The notes: generated by a model not told the origin, from the sequence alone. A DNA stretch of 64,000 bases from Betaproteobacteria bacterium (GCA_023259135.1 JAHFQX010000004.1:645-64644), one strand, 5' to 3'; numbered from the stretch's first letter, positions 10,855 to 21,593 are shown. Translations and numbers: made by a program.

Positions 10855-11682
10855 ATGAAGCAGTTTTGGGTAGCATTGTTTTTGTTGACCCTCGGATCGG
10901 CGGCGAGCAGCGTCGAGGCCAAGCGGCTGGGCGGCGGCAAGAGCCTGGGCAAGCAACGGGAATCCATCACCCAGCAGCAGGCGACCCGGCCTCCCGCGGC
11001 CCCCGTCGCCCCCTCGGCTCCGGCCCAGGGCGGCGCTGGGCGCTGGCTCGGCCCCTTGGCGGGACTGGCGGCCGGCGGGTTGCTGGCCAGCTTGCTGATG
11101 GGACACGGTTTCGAAGGGATCCGCCTCATGGACGTGGCGTTGGCATTGCTGCTGGCCGCGGGGGTGTTCGCGTTGTGGCGGATGCTGGCTCGCCCCGCGC
11201 CGCGCCGCGAGACGCTCCAATATGCCGGCCTGGGGGCGGAGGCCATGCCTTCCGGAGATCCGCGCGTCCTGCACACGGCCCCGGACCCTTCCGGGGCGCC
11301 GCGCTATCCGGCGGGGTTCGAGCCGGGGCCGTTTCTTAAGCACGCCAAGCTCTCCTTTTTGCGGCTGCAGGAAGCCCATGACCGAAAACAGCTCGATGCC
11401 TTGCAGGATTTGATGACGCCCGGGCTATTCGCCGCCGTGCAGGCCGAAATCCAGGGGCGGGGCGGGCTGGCCCAGAAAACCGAGGTGGTGTCTCTGGATG
11501 CCGAGTTGCTGGAAGTGGTCACCGAAGGCGAGACGGCGGTGGCCAGCGTGCGCTTCTCCGGCTTGGTGCGCGAATCCCTCGGCGGGGTGGCCGAACCCTT
11601 CGACGAAATCTGGCACGTGGAGAAATCCCTGGCCGGCTCCCGAACCGGCTGGCTGCTGGCCGGCATTCAGCAAATCGCTTAA
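10855..11682 (+). CDS. Tim44-domain protein
   Basis: AEAKRLGGGKSLGKQ-like N-terminus, WLGPLAGLAAGG, ASVRFSG, FDEIWH, WLLAGIQQ. Confidence 0.9.
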   Translation: MKQFWVALFLLTLGSAASSVEAKRLGGGKSLGKQRESITQQQATRPPAAPVAPSAPAQGGAGRWLGPLAGLAAGGLLASLLMGHGFEGIRLMDVALALLLAAGVFALWRMLARPAPRRETLQYAGLGAEAMPSGDPRVLHTAPDPSGAPRYPAGFEPGPFLKHAKLSFLRLQEAHDRKQLDALQDLMTPGLFAAVQAEIQGRGGLAQKTEVVSLDAELLEVVTEGETAVASVRFSGLVRESLGGVAEPFDEIWHVEKSLAGSRTGWLLAGIQQIA

Positions 11683-11838
11683 CCGCCCGTTAACCCATGA
11701 TCCCGGATGGGGCCGCGCCAGGCTGATGGCCGGCAACGGCCGCCTGGCGCCGAGCAGCGCGGCACCCCGCGGCTAATCAAGCACAGGTAGGCGCGCTTCC
11801 CCATCCACAACTCCTGACCCAGCCGAGCGCCTTTTCTC

Positions 11839-13350
11839 ATGCTTACCCTGCTGCGGTTTTTCAGGATCGTTTGGATCAGCGTCCGGTTCGGGCTGGATGA
11901 AGCCGTTTTGAGTCACGCCCGGTTCCGCTGGCTGCGCTCCCTGGTGAGCGGGCTGCTGTTTTGGCGGCGCTTGACGATTCCCCGCGCGGTGCGCCTGCGC
12001 TTGGCCCTGGAGAGCCTGGGTCCCATCTTCGTGAAGTTCGGCCAAGTGCTGTCCACCCGCCGCGATTTGCTGCCTCCCGATATCGCCGACGAACTGGCGA
12101 AGCTGCAAGACCAGGTGCCCCCCTTTCCCAGCGCCCAGGTATTCGCCACCTTGGAGCGGGTCTACGGCCAGCCCCCCGGTGAAGTATTCCGCGGCTTCGA
12201 GGCGGAGCCGGTGGCCAGCGCTTCGGTGGCCCAAGTCCATTTCGCCGTGCTGCCCGACGGCAAGGAAGTGGCGGTGAAGGTGCTGCGGCCGGGCATCGCC
12301 CGGGTGATCGCCGAGGACGTGGCCTTGCTCTACATCGGCGCCGCCGTGCTGGAGGCCGTGTGGCCCGGGGGCCGGCGCCTCAAGACCCGGGAAGTGGTGG
12401 GGGAGTTCGAGCGGCATCTGAGCGACGAGTTGGACCTCATTCGGGAAGCGTCCAACGCCAGCCAGTTGCGGCGCAATTTTCTCGGTTCGCCGCTGCTGCG
12501 GATCCCGGAGATCCATTGGGATTACTGCACCCGCGACGTCATGGTGATGGAGCGCATGCACGGCATCCCCATCAGCCAAGTAGATGCGCTGCGCGCCCAA
12601 GGAGTGGATATTCCCCGTCTGGCCCGGGCCGGGGTGGAGATCTTCTTCACCCAGGTGTTCCGGGACGGATTCTTCCACGCCGACATGCATCCCGGCAACA
12701 TCTTCGTCGCCGCCGACGGCCGCTACATCGCCTTGGATTTCGGCATCATGGGGACCCTCAGCCGCGAGGACAAGAATTATCTGGCCCGCAATTTCCTGGC
12801 GTTCTTCCGCCGGGATTACCGGGGGGTGGCGGAGGCCCACGTGGAAGCCGGCTGGGTGCCCGCCGACACCCGGGTCGAGGAATTCGAGTCGGCCATCCGG
12901 GCGGTATGCGAGCCGATTTTCGACCGGCCCTTGAAGGAGATTTCCTTTGGCAAGGTACTGCTGCGCCTGTTTCAAACTTCCCGCCGCTTCAACATGGAGA
13001 TTCAACCGCAGCTGGTGCTGCTGCAAAAAACCCTGCTTAACGTGGAGGGGTTGGGGCGGCAACTGGATCCCGATTTGGATCTATGGAAAACCGCCAAGCC
13101 TTATCTGGAGCGCTGGATGTCCGAGCAACTGGGATGGCGCGGCTTGCTACGGGCCCTGAAAAACGAAGCGCCCCACTGGGCGGTGCTGCTGCCGCAATTG
13201 CCGCGCTTGGCCCACCAAGCCCTGACGCAACGCGCCGCCGCTCCCCAGGCCGACGATACGGCCTTGCCGCGGCTGCGGCGGCAGAACCGCTGGCTGGCCC
13301 TGGCGGTCGGATTGCTGGCGCTGGCCTTGCTCGGAACGCTGCTGTCATGA
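11839..13350 (+). CDS. ubiB: Ubiquinone biosynthesis protein kinase-like protein UbiB
   Basis: [41 protein letters not shown]. Confidence 0.95.
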   Translation: MLTLLRFFRIVWISVRFGLDEAVLSHARFRWLRSLVSGLLFWRRLTIPRAVRLRLALESLGPIFVKFGQVLSTRRDLLPPDIADELAKLQDQVPPFPSAQVFATLERVYGQPPGEVFRGFEAEPVASASVAQVHFAVLPDGKEVAVKVLRPGIARVIAEDVALLYIGAAVLEAVWPGGRRLKTREVVGEFERHLSDELDLIREASNASQLRRNFLGSPLLRIPEIHWDYCTRDVMVMERMHGIPISQVDALRAQGVDIPRLARAGVEIFFTQVFRDGFFHADMHPGNIFVAADGRYIALDFGIMGTLSREDKNYLARNFLAFFRRDYRGVAEAHVEAGWVPADTRVEEFESAIRAVCEPIFDRPLKEISFGKVLLRLFQTSRRFNMEIQPQLVLLQKTLLNVEGLGRQLDPDLDLWKTAKPYLERWMSEQLGWRGLLRALKNEAPHWAVLLPQLPRLAHQALTQRAAAPQADDTALPRLRRQNRWLALAVGLLALALLGTLLS

Positions 13351-13556
13351 TTCGGGAGAGAGGCCCGGACGCGGCGCCCAATTCTCGTTGCGACCGGTGC
13401 GGGAGCCCATTTCACTGCGGCGTCGCGGACCCGGGGCCGTGCTGGTGCAGCGAGGATTTCCCGCCGGCCCCGCCCCCGGACCCTTCAAGAGCCGCCTGTC
13501 TGTGCCGCCGCTGCTTGGCCGAATGCCTCGACGCTGGATCAGTTCAGCCCGAGTAG
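13347..13556 (+). CDS. Small cysteine-rich CWC family protein (69 aa)
   Basis: ATGA overlap with ubiB stop; [11 protein letters not shown]...CWC...CLCRRCL pattern. Confidence 0.75.
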   Translation: MIRERGPDAAPNSRCDRCGSPFHCGVADPGPCWCSEDFPPAPPPDPSRAACLCRRCLAECLDAGSVQPE

Positions 13557-14323
13557 GCGTGGAGCGCCAGCGTTCCCAGCATCCAGCCCGAATAGATGCG
13601 CCGCAGGCGGCCGGCGGCGCCCAGCACCACCAACAGGGGCAGGTAATGATCGGGAGTGGGAACCGCCCGTCGGCCGAAGGGCAAGGACCCGGGCTTCAGC
13701 AAGGGAGCGCTCTCCCCTTGCTCGATGGCGGCGTCCACCGCCTGCATGAAAGCCGCCGCCCAACCGGCGGGGACGTCCTCCGGAGCGCTCCATTCCACGT
13801 CCCCCAGGTTATGGGTGATGCCGCCGCTGCCCACCAGCAGAATGCCCCGCTGCGCCAGAGGCGCCAAGGCCCGGCCGAGGGCCCAGTGCCAGGCGGGGTC
13901 CCGCCTCGGGCAGATCGACAATTGCAAAATGGGAAAAGCCGGCTCGGGCCACAGGGTCCGCAGCGGTACCCAAACGCCGTGATCGAAGGACCAGTCCCGA
14001 TCCTCCTCCACCGCAATGCCGGCGTCCTCCAGAACGCTGACGACTTGCCCCGCCAGCTCCGCGCTGCCCGAAACCGGCCACGAAAGCCGGTACAGATCGG
14101 CAGGAAAGCCGTAGAAGTCGTGCTGAATGGCCGGCCGCGGATGGCCGCCCGCCAGCATCGGCCCTTCGGTCATCCAGTGGGCGGACACGCACACCACCCC
14201 CTTGATCCCGTCGCCCCAGCGGGCGGGCAGGCTTTTCCAGAAGCGGGTGACGCGGCAATCCTCCACCGCCAGGGTGGGCGCGCCGTGGGAAAGAAACAGG
14301 GGGGCCGGGGGGAAGCGTTCCAT
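13544..14323 (-). CDS. DODA-type extradiol dioxygenase (YgiD/LigB family)
   Basis: Start trimmed to MERFPP; LFLSHGAP, VSAHW, HDFYGFP, DHGVWVPL, GSGGITHN, PTPDHYLP. Confidence 0.88.
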   Translation of the reverse strand: MERFPPAPLFLSHGAPTLAVEDCRVTRFWKSLPARWGDGIKGVVCVSAHWMTEGPMLAGGHPRPAIQHDFYGFPADLYRLSWPVSGSAELAGQVVSVLEDAGIAVEEDRDWSFDHGVWVPLRTLWPEPAFPILQLSICPRRDPAWHWALGRALAPLAQRGILLVGSGGITHNLGDVEWSAPEDVPAGWAAAFMQAVDAAIEQGESAPLLKPGSLPFGRRAVPTPDHYLPLLVVLGAAGRLRRIYSGWMLGTLALHAYSG

Positions 14324-14467
14324 CGGGCTTTTCGGTAAAGTTGCTTGGCGGGAGCGACGTTCCTTAATGCGAATATGCCGAAACGAAACCCCGCCGGAGC
14401 AATATATTGAGTCGAGCCCAACCCGTCCAGCGGAATTTCTCGAACGGGTCATTCTAGGAAAACGAAC

Positions 14468-15379
14468 ATGCGCTTCAGTTTGGAGGATCTCGCGGTGCTG
14501 GATGCCATCGCCCGCCGGGGTAGTTTCGCCGCCGCCGCGGAGGAATTGCACCGGGTTCCTTCCAGCGTCACCTATGCGGTGAAAAACTTGGAGCAGAGCT
14601 TGGGTTTCCCGGTGTTCGTGCGCCAGGGGCGCCGCGCCCTGCTTACCCCCGCCGGGGAAACCCTGTTGGAGGAAGGCCGGGCCTTGCTGCACCAGGCCCA
14701 GGAAGTGGCGCGCCGGGTGGAACGGGTGGCCGGGGGCTGGGAGTCGGAGCTGTGCATCGCCGTCACCGACCTGATTCCCCAGCCTCGTCTGTTTCCCTTG
14801 ATCCGGGAGTTCGAGACCGTCTCGGCGCAAACCCGTTTGCGGCTTTCCACCGAAGTCTTCGGCGGCGTTTGGGATGCCCTGCTGGAAGGGAGGGCTGATC
14901 TGGGAGTGGGCGCTCCGGGAGATATCCCTCCCACCGCCGGATGCGCCGTCCAGCCGTTGGGGGAAGCGAGCTTCCTGTTCGTGGTGGCCTCCCGTCACCC
15001 CCTGGCAAGTCATCCGGAGCCGATTCCGGAGCGCGTCATCCGCCTTCACCAGGCCGTGGCCGCCGCCGACTCTTCCCGTCACCTGCCGGCCCGCACCACC
15101 CGACTGTTGCCCGGCCAGCAGGTGCTGACGGTGGGCGATCAAAGCGCCAAGCGGGCCGCCATCCTGGCCGGATTGGGGATCGGACATTTGCCCAGCCACA
15201 TGATCCAAGCCGATCTGGCCGCCGGCCGCTTGGTGGCGAAGGCGTTGGAGGGCAACGGCGTGGCCCTGCACAACTTGGTGGTGGCTTGGCGCAGCGGCCA
15301 CCGGGGCAAGGCGCTGGCCTGGTTCCGCGCCCGGCTGGCGGAGATGGGGCCGGAACTGCTGGCCGCGGGCCCGCCATAA
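14468..15379 (+). CDS. LysR family transcriptional regulator
   Basis: HTH GSFAAAAEELHRVPSSVTYAVKNLE; divergent from the dioxygenase. Confidence 0.92.
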   Translation: MRFSLEDLAVLDAIARRGSFAAAAEELHRVPSSVTYAVKNLEQSLGFPVFVRQGRRALLTPAGETLLEEGRALLHQAQEVARRVERVAGGWESELCIAVTDLIPQPRLFPLIREFETVSAQTRLRLSTEVFGGVWDALLEGRADLGVGAPGDIPPTAGCAVQPLGEASFLFVVASRHPLASHPEPIPERVIRLHQAVAAADSSRHLPARTTRLLPGQQVLTVGDQSAKRAAILAGLGIGHLPSHMIQADLAAGRLVAKALEGNGVALHNLVVAWRSGHRGKALAWFRARLAEMGPELLAAGPP

Positions 15380-15640
15380 AGGGGCCGCTATCCCATGGCA
15401 TTACCTTGGCAAGAATGACCGCATTGCCCTGACGCACAACCAACGGATACGCCACGCGCCCCAATGTCTCCCGGCTCGGCCTGCTCGATTACGTCGGATA
15501 GTTTACTTCCGAGGCTCTCAGGGTCGGCAGGGGAAGGATACGAGCCTTGACTGAAACCTGTTGGGTTGTGCAAGACGGTGCTTTGCCGGTAGCATGAGGC
15601 CGATTGCGGCTTTCGACAATGGCCGGTGGAGGTGATGGGG

Positions 15641-16864
15641 ATGGCGACGGCGGCAAAAAAAGGCACAAAAGGCACAAAGGAATACGCCTTCGTTTGGGAA
15701 GGCAAGGATCGATCCGGCAAGATCGTCAAAGGCGACATGCGGGCCGCCGGCCAGGCGGTGGTCAATGCCACGCTGCGCCGCCAAGGCATATCGGTTATCA
15801 AGGTGAAGCGCCAGCGCACCGGCGGCGGCAGCGTCTCCGACAAGGACATCACCCTGTTCACCCGGCAGTTGGCCACCATGATGAAATCCGGAGTGCCGTT
15901 GCTGCAAGCTTTCGATATCGTCGGCAAGGGCCACAGCAACCCGGCGGTGGGCCGGTTGCTGATGGACATCAAGACCGACGTGGAAACCGGCAACAGCCTC
16001 AACCAGGCTTTCCGCAAATATCCGCTCTATTTCGATGCGTTATTCTGCAATCTGGTGGGGGCCGGCGAGCAGGCCGGCATTCTGGACAGCTTGCTGGACC
16101 GGCTGGCGACCTACAAGGAAAAAATTCTCGCCATCAAGAGCAAGATCAAGTCGGCATTGTTCTACCCGATTTCCATCATCGTGGTGGCGTTTGTCATTAC
16201 CGCGGTCATCATGATTTTCGTTATTCCCGCCTTCAAGGAGGTGTTCAAGAGCTTCGGCGCCGATTTGCCGGCCCCGACCCTGGTCGTGATGGCCATCTCC
16301 GAATTCTTCGTGAATTATTGGTACCTGATTTTCGGATCGGTGGGCGGCGGAGTCTATGGATTCTTCTACGCCTGGAAGCGCTCGGTTCCGGTGCAGATCT
16401 TCATGGACCGGGTGCTGCTCAAGCTGCCCATCTTCGGCGACATCATCCGCAAGGCCACGGTGGCCCGCTGGACCCGCACCCTGTCCACCATGTTCGCCGC
16501 CGGGGTGCCGCTGGTGGAGGCGCTGGATTCGGTGGCCGGGGCGGCCGGCAACTACGTGTATTTCCAGGCCACCAAGAGGATCCAAAGCGAGGTCAGCACC
16601 GGCACCAACCTGACGGTGGCGATGCAAAACTCCGAGGTGTTTCCCAACATGGTGCTGCAAATGGTCTCCATCGGCGAGGAATCGGGGTCTTTGGACGCCA
16701 TGCTGAGCAAGGTCGCGGACTTCTACGAGGCGGAGGTGGACGACGCCGTGGAAGCGCTTTCCAGCCTGATGGAGCCGATCATCATGGTGGTGCTGGGAAC
16801 CCTGATCGGCGGCATGGTGATAGCCATGTACCTGCCTATCTTTAAAATGGGGTCGGTGGTTTAA
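15641..16864 (+). CDS. pilC: Type IV pilus inner-membrane platform protein PilC
   Basis: FTRQLATMMKSGVPL, AGEQAGILD, IGEESGSLD, AMYLPIF; ATG 15641 after GGAGGTG. Confidence 0.95.
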   Translation: MATAAKKGTKGTKEYAFVWEGKDRSGKIVKGDMRAAGQAVVNATLRRQGISVIKVKRQRTGGGSVSDKDITLFTRQLATMMKSGVPLLQAFDIVGKGHSNPAVGRLLMDIKTDVETGNSLNQAFRKYPLYFDALFCNLVGAGEQAGILDSLLDRLATYKEKILAIKSKIKSALFYPISIIVVAFVITAVIMIFVIPAFKEVFKSFGADLPAPTLVVMAISEFFVNYWYLIFGSVGGGVYGFFYAWKRSVPVQIFMDRVLLKLPIFGDIIRKATVARWTRTLSTMFAAGVPLVEALDSVAGAAGNYVYFQATKRIQSEVSTGTNLTVAMQNSEVFPNMVLQMVSIGEESGSLDAMLSKVADFYEAEVDDAVEALSSLMEPIIMVVLGTLIGGMVIAMYLPIFKMGSVV

Positions 16865-16872
16865 GCTGACCG

Positions 16873-17745
16873 ATGGCATCGCTTCCGCTGCTGGCGTCCG
16901 CGAATCCCCTGCCGTTTGTGATCCTGTGCCTGGTTTTGGGGCTGGTGGTGGGAAGTTTCCTGAATGTGGTGATTCATCGCCTGCCGAAGATGATGGAGCG
17001 GGACTGGCGGCGGCAATGCGTCGAACTAGAAGGCCGGGAAGCTCCCGCCGAACCCCGTTACAACCTCTGGACCCCGGCATCGGCCTGTCCGGCCTGTGGG
17101 GCGCCGGTCACCGCTTTGCGGAACATCCCGTTGATCAGCTATGTCTTGCTGGGAGGCCGGTGCGCTGCCTGCCGAGCCCCGATCTCCCTGCGCTATCCCG
17201 TGGTGGAACTGTTGAGCGGCATACTGGCGGCTTACGCGGGCTGGCGCTACGGCGCGACTTGGGCGACGCTGGGCGTCGCGTGTTTTGCCTTGGCCCTGGT
17301 GACCTTGACCTGCATCGACTTGGATACCCAATTGTTGCCGGATTCCATCACCTTGCCGCTGTTGTGGCTGGGGTTGCTGTTCAATGTCGGGGGGACCTTC
17401 GCCGATTTGCCCGCGGCGGTGTGGGGGGCCGCGGCCGGCTACCTGTCGCTGTGGGGCGTCTATTGGTTGTTCAAGCTGGCCACCGGCAAGGAGGGCATGG
17501 GTTATGGGGATTTCAAGCTACTGGCGGCCATCGGTGCGTGGCTGGGGTGGCAGATGCTGCCCCTGGTGATCCTGCTGTCTTCGGCGGCGGGAGCGGTGGT
17601 GGGGATAACGCTGATGATTTTCGGCGGCCGTCACCGGGACACGCCCCTGCCCTTCGGGCCTTACCTGGCGGCCGGGGGCGTGATCGGGATGTTCTGGGGG
17701 GCAAGCTGGATGGCGGCGTATTTACGGTGGGGGGTGGCAGGGTGA
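16873..17745 (+). CDS. pilD: Prepilin peptidase / N-methyltransferase
   Basis: GSFLNVVIHRLP, two CxxC motifs, IDLDTQLLPD, GMGYGDFKL, PFGPYLA. Confidence 0.96.
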   Translation: MASLPLLASANPLPFVILCLVLGLVVGSFLNVVIHRLPKMMERDWRRQCVELEGREAPAEPRYNLWTPASACPACGAPVTALRNIPLISYVLLGGRCAACRAPISLRYPVVELLSGILAAYAGWRYGATWATLGVACFALALVTLTCIDLDTQLLPDSITLPLLWLGLLFNVGGTFADLPAAVWGAAAGYLSLWGVYWLFKLATGKEGMGYGDFKLLAAIGAWLGWQMLPLVILLSSAAGAVVGITLMIFGGRHRDTPLPFGPYLAAGGVIGMFWGASWMAAYLRWGVAG

Positions 17746-18365
17746 GCTATATCGTGGGACTGACCGGGGGCATCGGCAGCGGTAAAAGCGCCGCCGCCGA
17801 TTTATTCGCCGAGAAGGGCATCGTCGTGGTGGATGCCGATGCCATCGCGCATAGCGTGACCGGCCCGGGACATCCCGCCCTGGAACAAATTCGCGCCGCC
17901 TTCGGAGCGGAGTATGTAATTCCCGGGGGGGGCATGGATCGCGTGCGGATGCGCCAGCGGGTGTTTTCCGATGCCGAGGCGAAGCGGCGGCTGGAGGGGA
18001 TTCTCCACCCCATCATCCGCCAGGAAGTGCGGACCCGGCTGGCCGAGGTTTCCTCCCCCTACGTCATTCTGATGGTGCCCTTGCTGTTAGAGACCGGGGC
18101 TTATCGGGACATCATCCGCCGGCTGGTGGTGGTGGACTGCTCCGAGGAAACTCAGGTGAGGCGCACCATCGCCCGCAGCAAGTTGACCCGGCAGGAAGTT
18201 TTGGCCATCATGGCGAATCAAATCGACCGCGCTTCCCGCCTGAGCCAGGCGGACGACGTGTTGTCCAACGACGACGGTCTGGAGGAATTGGGGCGCCGGG
18301 TGGAGGCTCTGCACCGGCGCTATTTGGTGCTGGCCGAAGAAATGCAGCCGCCGGCCGTCGGGTAA
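17742..18365 (+). CDS. coaE: Dephospho-CoA kinase
   Basis: GTG start overlapping pilD stop; GLTGGIGSGKS P-loop, VDADAIAH, ILHPII. Confidence 0.95.
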   Translation: MSYIVGLTGGIGSGKSAAADLFAEKGIVVVDADAIAHSVTGPGHPALEQIRAAFGAEYVIPGGGMDRVRMRQRVFSDAEAKRRLEGILHPIIRQEVRTRLAEVSSPYVILMVPLLLETGAYRDIIRRLVVVDCSEETQVRRTIARSKLTRQEVLAIMANQIDRASRLSQADDVLSNDDGLEELGRRVEALHRRYLVLAEEMQPPAVG

Positions 18366-18425
18366 AGGCGGTTACGCGCCCATTCGCAACCTTGTACCGT
18401 CATTGCCAGGGGTAGCCCCGCGGCC

Positions 18426-19193
18426 ATGTCTACGTCGATGATCAGCTACGAGCATCCCCTCAACGAGCGGATCCGGACCTTGCTGCGGCTGGAGGATCTG
18501 TACGACCGGGTGGCGAGGTTCGCCGGCCGGGAGGAGGCCGCGGATCATCACGTGGCCCTGCTTTCCTTGTTTGAGGTTCTAGAAGTGGCCAGCCGGGCGG
18601 ACCTAAAGTCCGATCTGCTCCAGGAATTGGAGCGGCAAAAGCAATCCCTGGAATCCCTGCGCTATAACCCGGCGATTTCGGAAACCGCGTTGGACGACGT
18701 GCTGGCCCAGATTGACCGGGCCACCACCCGGCTGCTGGCCCTTTCCGGCAAGATCGGCCAGCACCTGCGGGACAACGAGTGGCTCATGGCTATCAAGCAG
18801 CGCGCCGCGCTGCCCGGCGGGGTGTGCGAATTCGACCTGCCTTCCTATCACTATTGGCTGCATCTGCCGGCCGACGAACGCCGCCGGGACCTGCAAGGGT
18901 GGCTCACTCCTTTTCTGCCGATTCAGGAAGGGCTGGCCATCGTGCTCCACATTCTGCGGGACAGCGGCCGAGCGTCCCGTCAGGTGGCTCACGGCGGCTC
19001 GTTCCAGCAGATGCAGGGCGGCCGGTTGGCGCAGATGCTCTGCGTGCGGTTCGACCGGGAATCTCGCTGCATTCCGGAAATCAGCGCCAACAAATACGCC
19101 CTGAACATCCGCTTTACCCTGCAATCGCCGGGGCAGCGCCCCAAGGGGTGCGAAACGGATGTGGAATTCGATCTGATCTATTACAACCTGTGA
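18426..19193 (+). CDS. zapD: Cell division protein ZapD
   Basis: [33 protein letters not shown]; coaE-zapD-yacG synteny. Confidence 0.93.
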   Translation: MSTSMISYEHPLNERIRTLLRLEDLYDRVARFAGREEAADHHVALLSLFEVLEVASRADLKSDLLQELERQKQSLESLRYNPAISETALDDVLAQIDRATTRLLALSGKIGQHLRDNEWLMAIKQRAALPGGVCEFDLPSYHYWLHLPADERRRDLQGWLTPFLPIQEGLAIVLHILRDSGRASRQVAHGGSFQQMQGGRLAQMLCVRFDRESRCIPEISANKYALNIRFTLQSPGQRPKGCETDVEFDLIYYNL

Positions 19194-19396
19194 ATCGGGA
19201 ACCTGGGCAGCGCGCTCCTCAGCGCACCGTAAGCTGTCCCCGTTGCGGCAAGCTTGTCGTGTGGGATGGCGCCAACCGTTATCGTCCGTTTTGCTCGGAG
19301 CGCTGCAAGCTGATCGACCTGGGCCAGTGGGCCGAAGAGCGCTACCGCATCCCGGACGAAACCCCGAAAGATCCGCCACCCGATAGCCATGGGTAG
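19190..19396 (+). CDS. yacG: DNA gyrase inhibitor YacG
   Basis: GTG overlapping zapD stop; CPRCGK...[17 protein letters not shown]. Confidence 0.92.
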   Translation: MNREPGQRAPQRTVSCPRCGKLVVWDGANRYRPFCSERCKLIDLGQWAEERYRIPDETPKDPPPDSHG

Positions 19397-19427
19397 AGAT
19401 TAAGAGATCGGGCTCAGCTCTTGTCTA

Positions 19428-20369
19428 TCACCAGGCCCCGTGCTTCATGGCAATGCCGTGGGCGCCTTGCCGATAGGCGGTCGAAAGATCGGCCTCGGTC
19501 AGCCCCCCCAAGGCAAATATCGGCACAGGCGAGTCCTGCGCCAACGTGCGAAAGGCGTCCCACCCCAGGGGCCGGGCCGCGGGGTGGCTGAGGGTGGCCG
19601 TCACCGGCCCCAGCACGATAAAGTCCAGGCCCAGGGCGGCCGCATGATCCAACTCCGCGCGGTTATGACAAGAAGCCGCGCAGAGTCCCGCGTCCGGCCG
19701 GGTCGCGGCGGCCATGAGCCGGGCGGCGGTGAGATGGACGCCGTCGGCTTTGAGTTGCCGGGCCAATTCCGGGGCGCCGTTGACCAGGACCCGGGCTCCG
19801 TGCCGATGGGCCAAGGCAATGGCCTGCCGGGCCAGCCGTTGCGGCGGTTCCGCGAGCCGCGGCTCGCGTAGTTGCACGAGCCGTAGACCGCGCCGCAGCG
19901 CTGCTTCCAGGCGGGCCAGGAACAGGGCCTCGCCCAGCTCTTCGGCGGCGCTGATGGCATAGACCGAAGGCAGTTGCAGGGCCCGCAGAATGGGGCCGTT
20001 GGCGGGCAGCAACGGGGACACGCGGCAGGCGTGAAGCGCTTCCCAGGACAGGGCCTGGCCTTCCCGGCCTTTGGGCGCTCCACCCCATTCCATGACCCGG
20101 AAAAAACACAAGCGCACCGTGGCATGGGGATAAACGAACGTCTGGGTGAGCCAAGGATGGGCGCGATGCACCCGGATGCCCAATTCCTCTTCCAATTCCC
20201 GGACCAAGGCAACGGCGGCGGTTTCCCCGGCCTCTACCTTGCCTCCGGGAAACTCCCAGTAGCCGGCATAGGGCTTGCCCGCCGGGCGCCGGGTCAGCAG
20301 CACCCGGCCGTCGGGAGCCAGGACCACGGCGACCGCCACCTCGACAGGGGGTTCACCGAGATATTTCAT
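19428..20369 (-). CDS. Nudix (MutT-like) hydrolase fused to a thiamine-phosphate synthase-like domain
   Basis: Nudix box WEFPGGKVEAGET...RELEEELGI; C-terminal ThiE fold (VQLRE, ADGVHL, SCHN, ALGG). Confidence 0.9.
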   Translation of the reverse strand: MKYLGEPPVEVAVAVVLAPDGRVLLTRRPAGKPYAGYWEFPGGKVEAGETAAVALVRELEEELGIRVHRAHPWLTQTFVYPHATVRLCFFRVMEWGGAPKGREGQALSWEALHACRVSPLLPANGPILRALQLPSVYAISAAEELGEALFLARLEAALRRGLRLVQLREPRLAEPPQRLARQAIALAHRHGARVLVNGAPELARQLKADGVHLTAARLMAAATRPDAGLCAASCHNRAELDHAAALGLDFIVLGPVTATLSHPAARPLGWDAFRTLAQDSPVPIFALGGLTEADLSTAYRQGAHGIAMKHGAW

Positions 20370-20426
20370 GGGAAGAAGAACCCCGGCAGCGGGGGTCAAG
20401 CGATGTTCAACGCTTCGACGTGGGCA

Positions 20427-21593
20427 TCAATAGGAGCGGGGCAGCCCCATCACCTTCTCGCCGATGTAGTTGAGCACCAGTTCCCGGTTGAGAGGGGCGG
20501 TGCGCAGCAGCCGCACCACGGGATAGATGTCGAAAATGCCGTATTCCTTGGTGAAGCCGTTGCCGCCGAAACATTGCAGGGACGCGTCCACCGCGTGAAT
20601 CGCCGCCTCCGCCCCGGCGTACTTGGCCATGTTGGAAAATTCCCCGGCCGGCAGGCCGCGGTCGAAAGTGGACGCAGCCTTGTAGGTCATCAACCCGGCT
20701 TGCTCGATTTCGGTTTTGGCCACCGCCAGAGGATGCTGGAGCCCTTGGTAGGCGCCGATGGGGGTATTGCTGAACACGCGGCGCTGGTTGGCGTATTCCA
20801 CGGCCCTGCCTAACGCGTAGCGACCCAGGCCGACGCACATGGCGGAAAGAATGATGCGTTCCGGGTTGAGGGTGTCGAACAGGATTTCGAAGCCGCGGCC
20901 CACTCCCCCCAGGGCATCCGCTTCGGTCACCGGGACGTTGTCGAAAAACAACTGCCACTGGGATTCCGGCATGGGGAGGCTCATGGGAATGAGGTGTTTC
21001 TCCACCCCTTTGTCGCGCATATCGACGATGAACAGGGTAAAGCCATCGGTCTTGCGCTGCACCAGGGTGTGGGGCGTGGTGCGGGCCACGACCAGGGCGT
21101 AGTCGGCGGTATTGGCGTCGGTAATGAAGGTTTTTTGGCCGCTCAAGGAAAATGCGCCCGGGCCCTGGGGCTTGCCCAGGGTGGTGATCTCGATGGTGTT
21201 GGAGCCGGCATTGGGCTCGGTGATGGCAAAGCAGAATTTCGTCTTGCCGGCGCAGGCCGACGGCAGGTATTTTTTCTTCTGCTCCTCGGTGCCGTGCTTG
21301 GCGATGAGTCCCAGCGACATGGTGGAATTCACCACCAAGCTCAGCAGCGGAATGCCGTTGTTGGCCAGGCCCTCCATGAACAGAGCCATCTCCAGCATGC
21401 CTTGGCCGGCGCCGCCGTAAGCCTCGGGGACCATCATTCCCAGGAAACCGTCGTCGGCCACCTGCCGGAATAACTCCTTGGGAGTTTCGTGCCGTTCGGC
21501 GTAATCCATCCAATACTTGCGGTCGTACTTGTTGGCGACGTTGTCGCCGTATTGGTAAATCATGCGCTGTTCTTGGCTAAGCTCGAAATCCAC
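20427..21593 (-). CDS. Acyl-CoA dehydrogenase
   Basis: GTG start (VDFELSQEQ) after AGGAG; FAITEPNAGSN, GQKTFIT, QCFGGNGF. Confidence 0.9.
   Translation of the reverse strand: MDFELSQEQRMIYQYGDNVANKYDRKYWMDYAERHETPKELFRQVADDGFLGMMVPEAYGGAGQGMLEMALFMEGLANNGIPLLSLVVNSTMSLGLIAKHGTEEQKKKYLPSACAGKTKFCFAITEPNAGSNTIEITTLGKPQGPGAFSLSGQKTFITDANTADYALVVARTTPHTLVQRKTDGFTLFIVDMRDKGVEKHLIPMSLPMPESQWQLFFDNVPVTEADALGGVGRGFEILFDTLNPERIILSAMCVGLGRYALGRAVEYANQRRVFSNTPIGAYQGLQHPLAVAKTEIEQAGLMTYKAASTFDRGLPAGEFSNMAKYAGAEAAIHAVDASLQCFGGNGFTKEYGIFDIYPVVRLLRTAPLNRELVLNYIGEKVMGLPRSY

Noticed and set aside
15652-15680. Short tandem repeat AAAAGGCAC x2 and A7 run at the pilC start
   Set aside because: Two copies only, in frame (KKGTKGTKE), in a variable N-terminus
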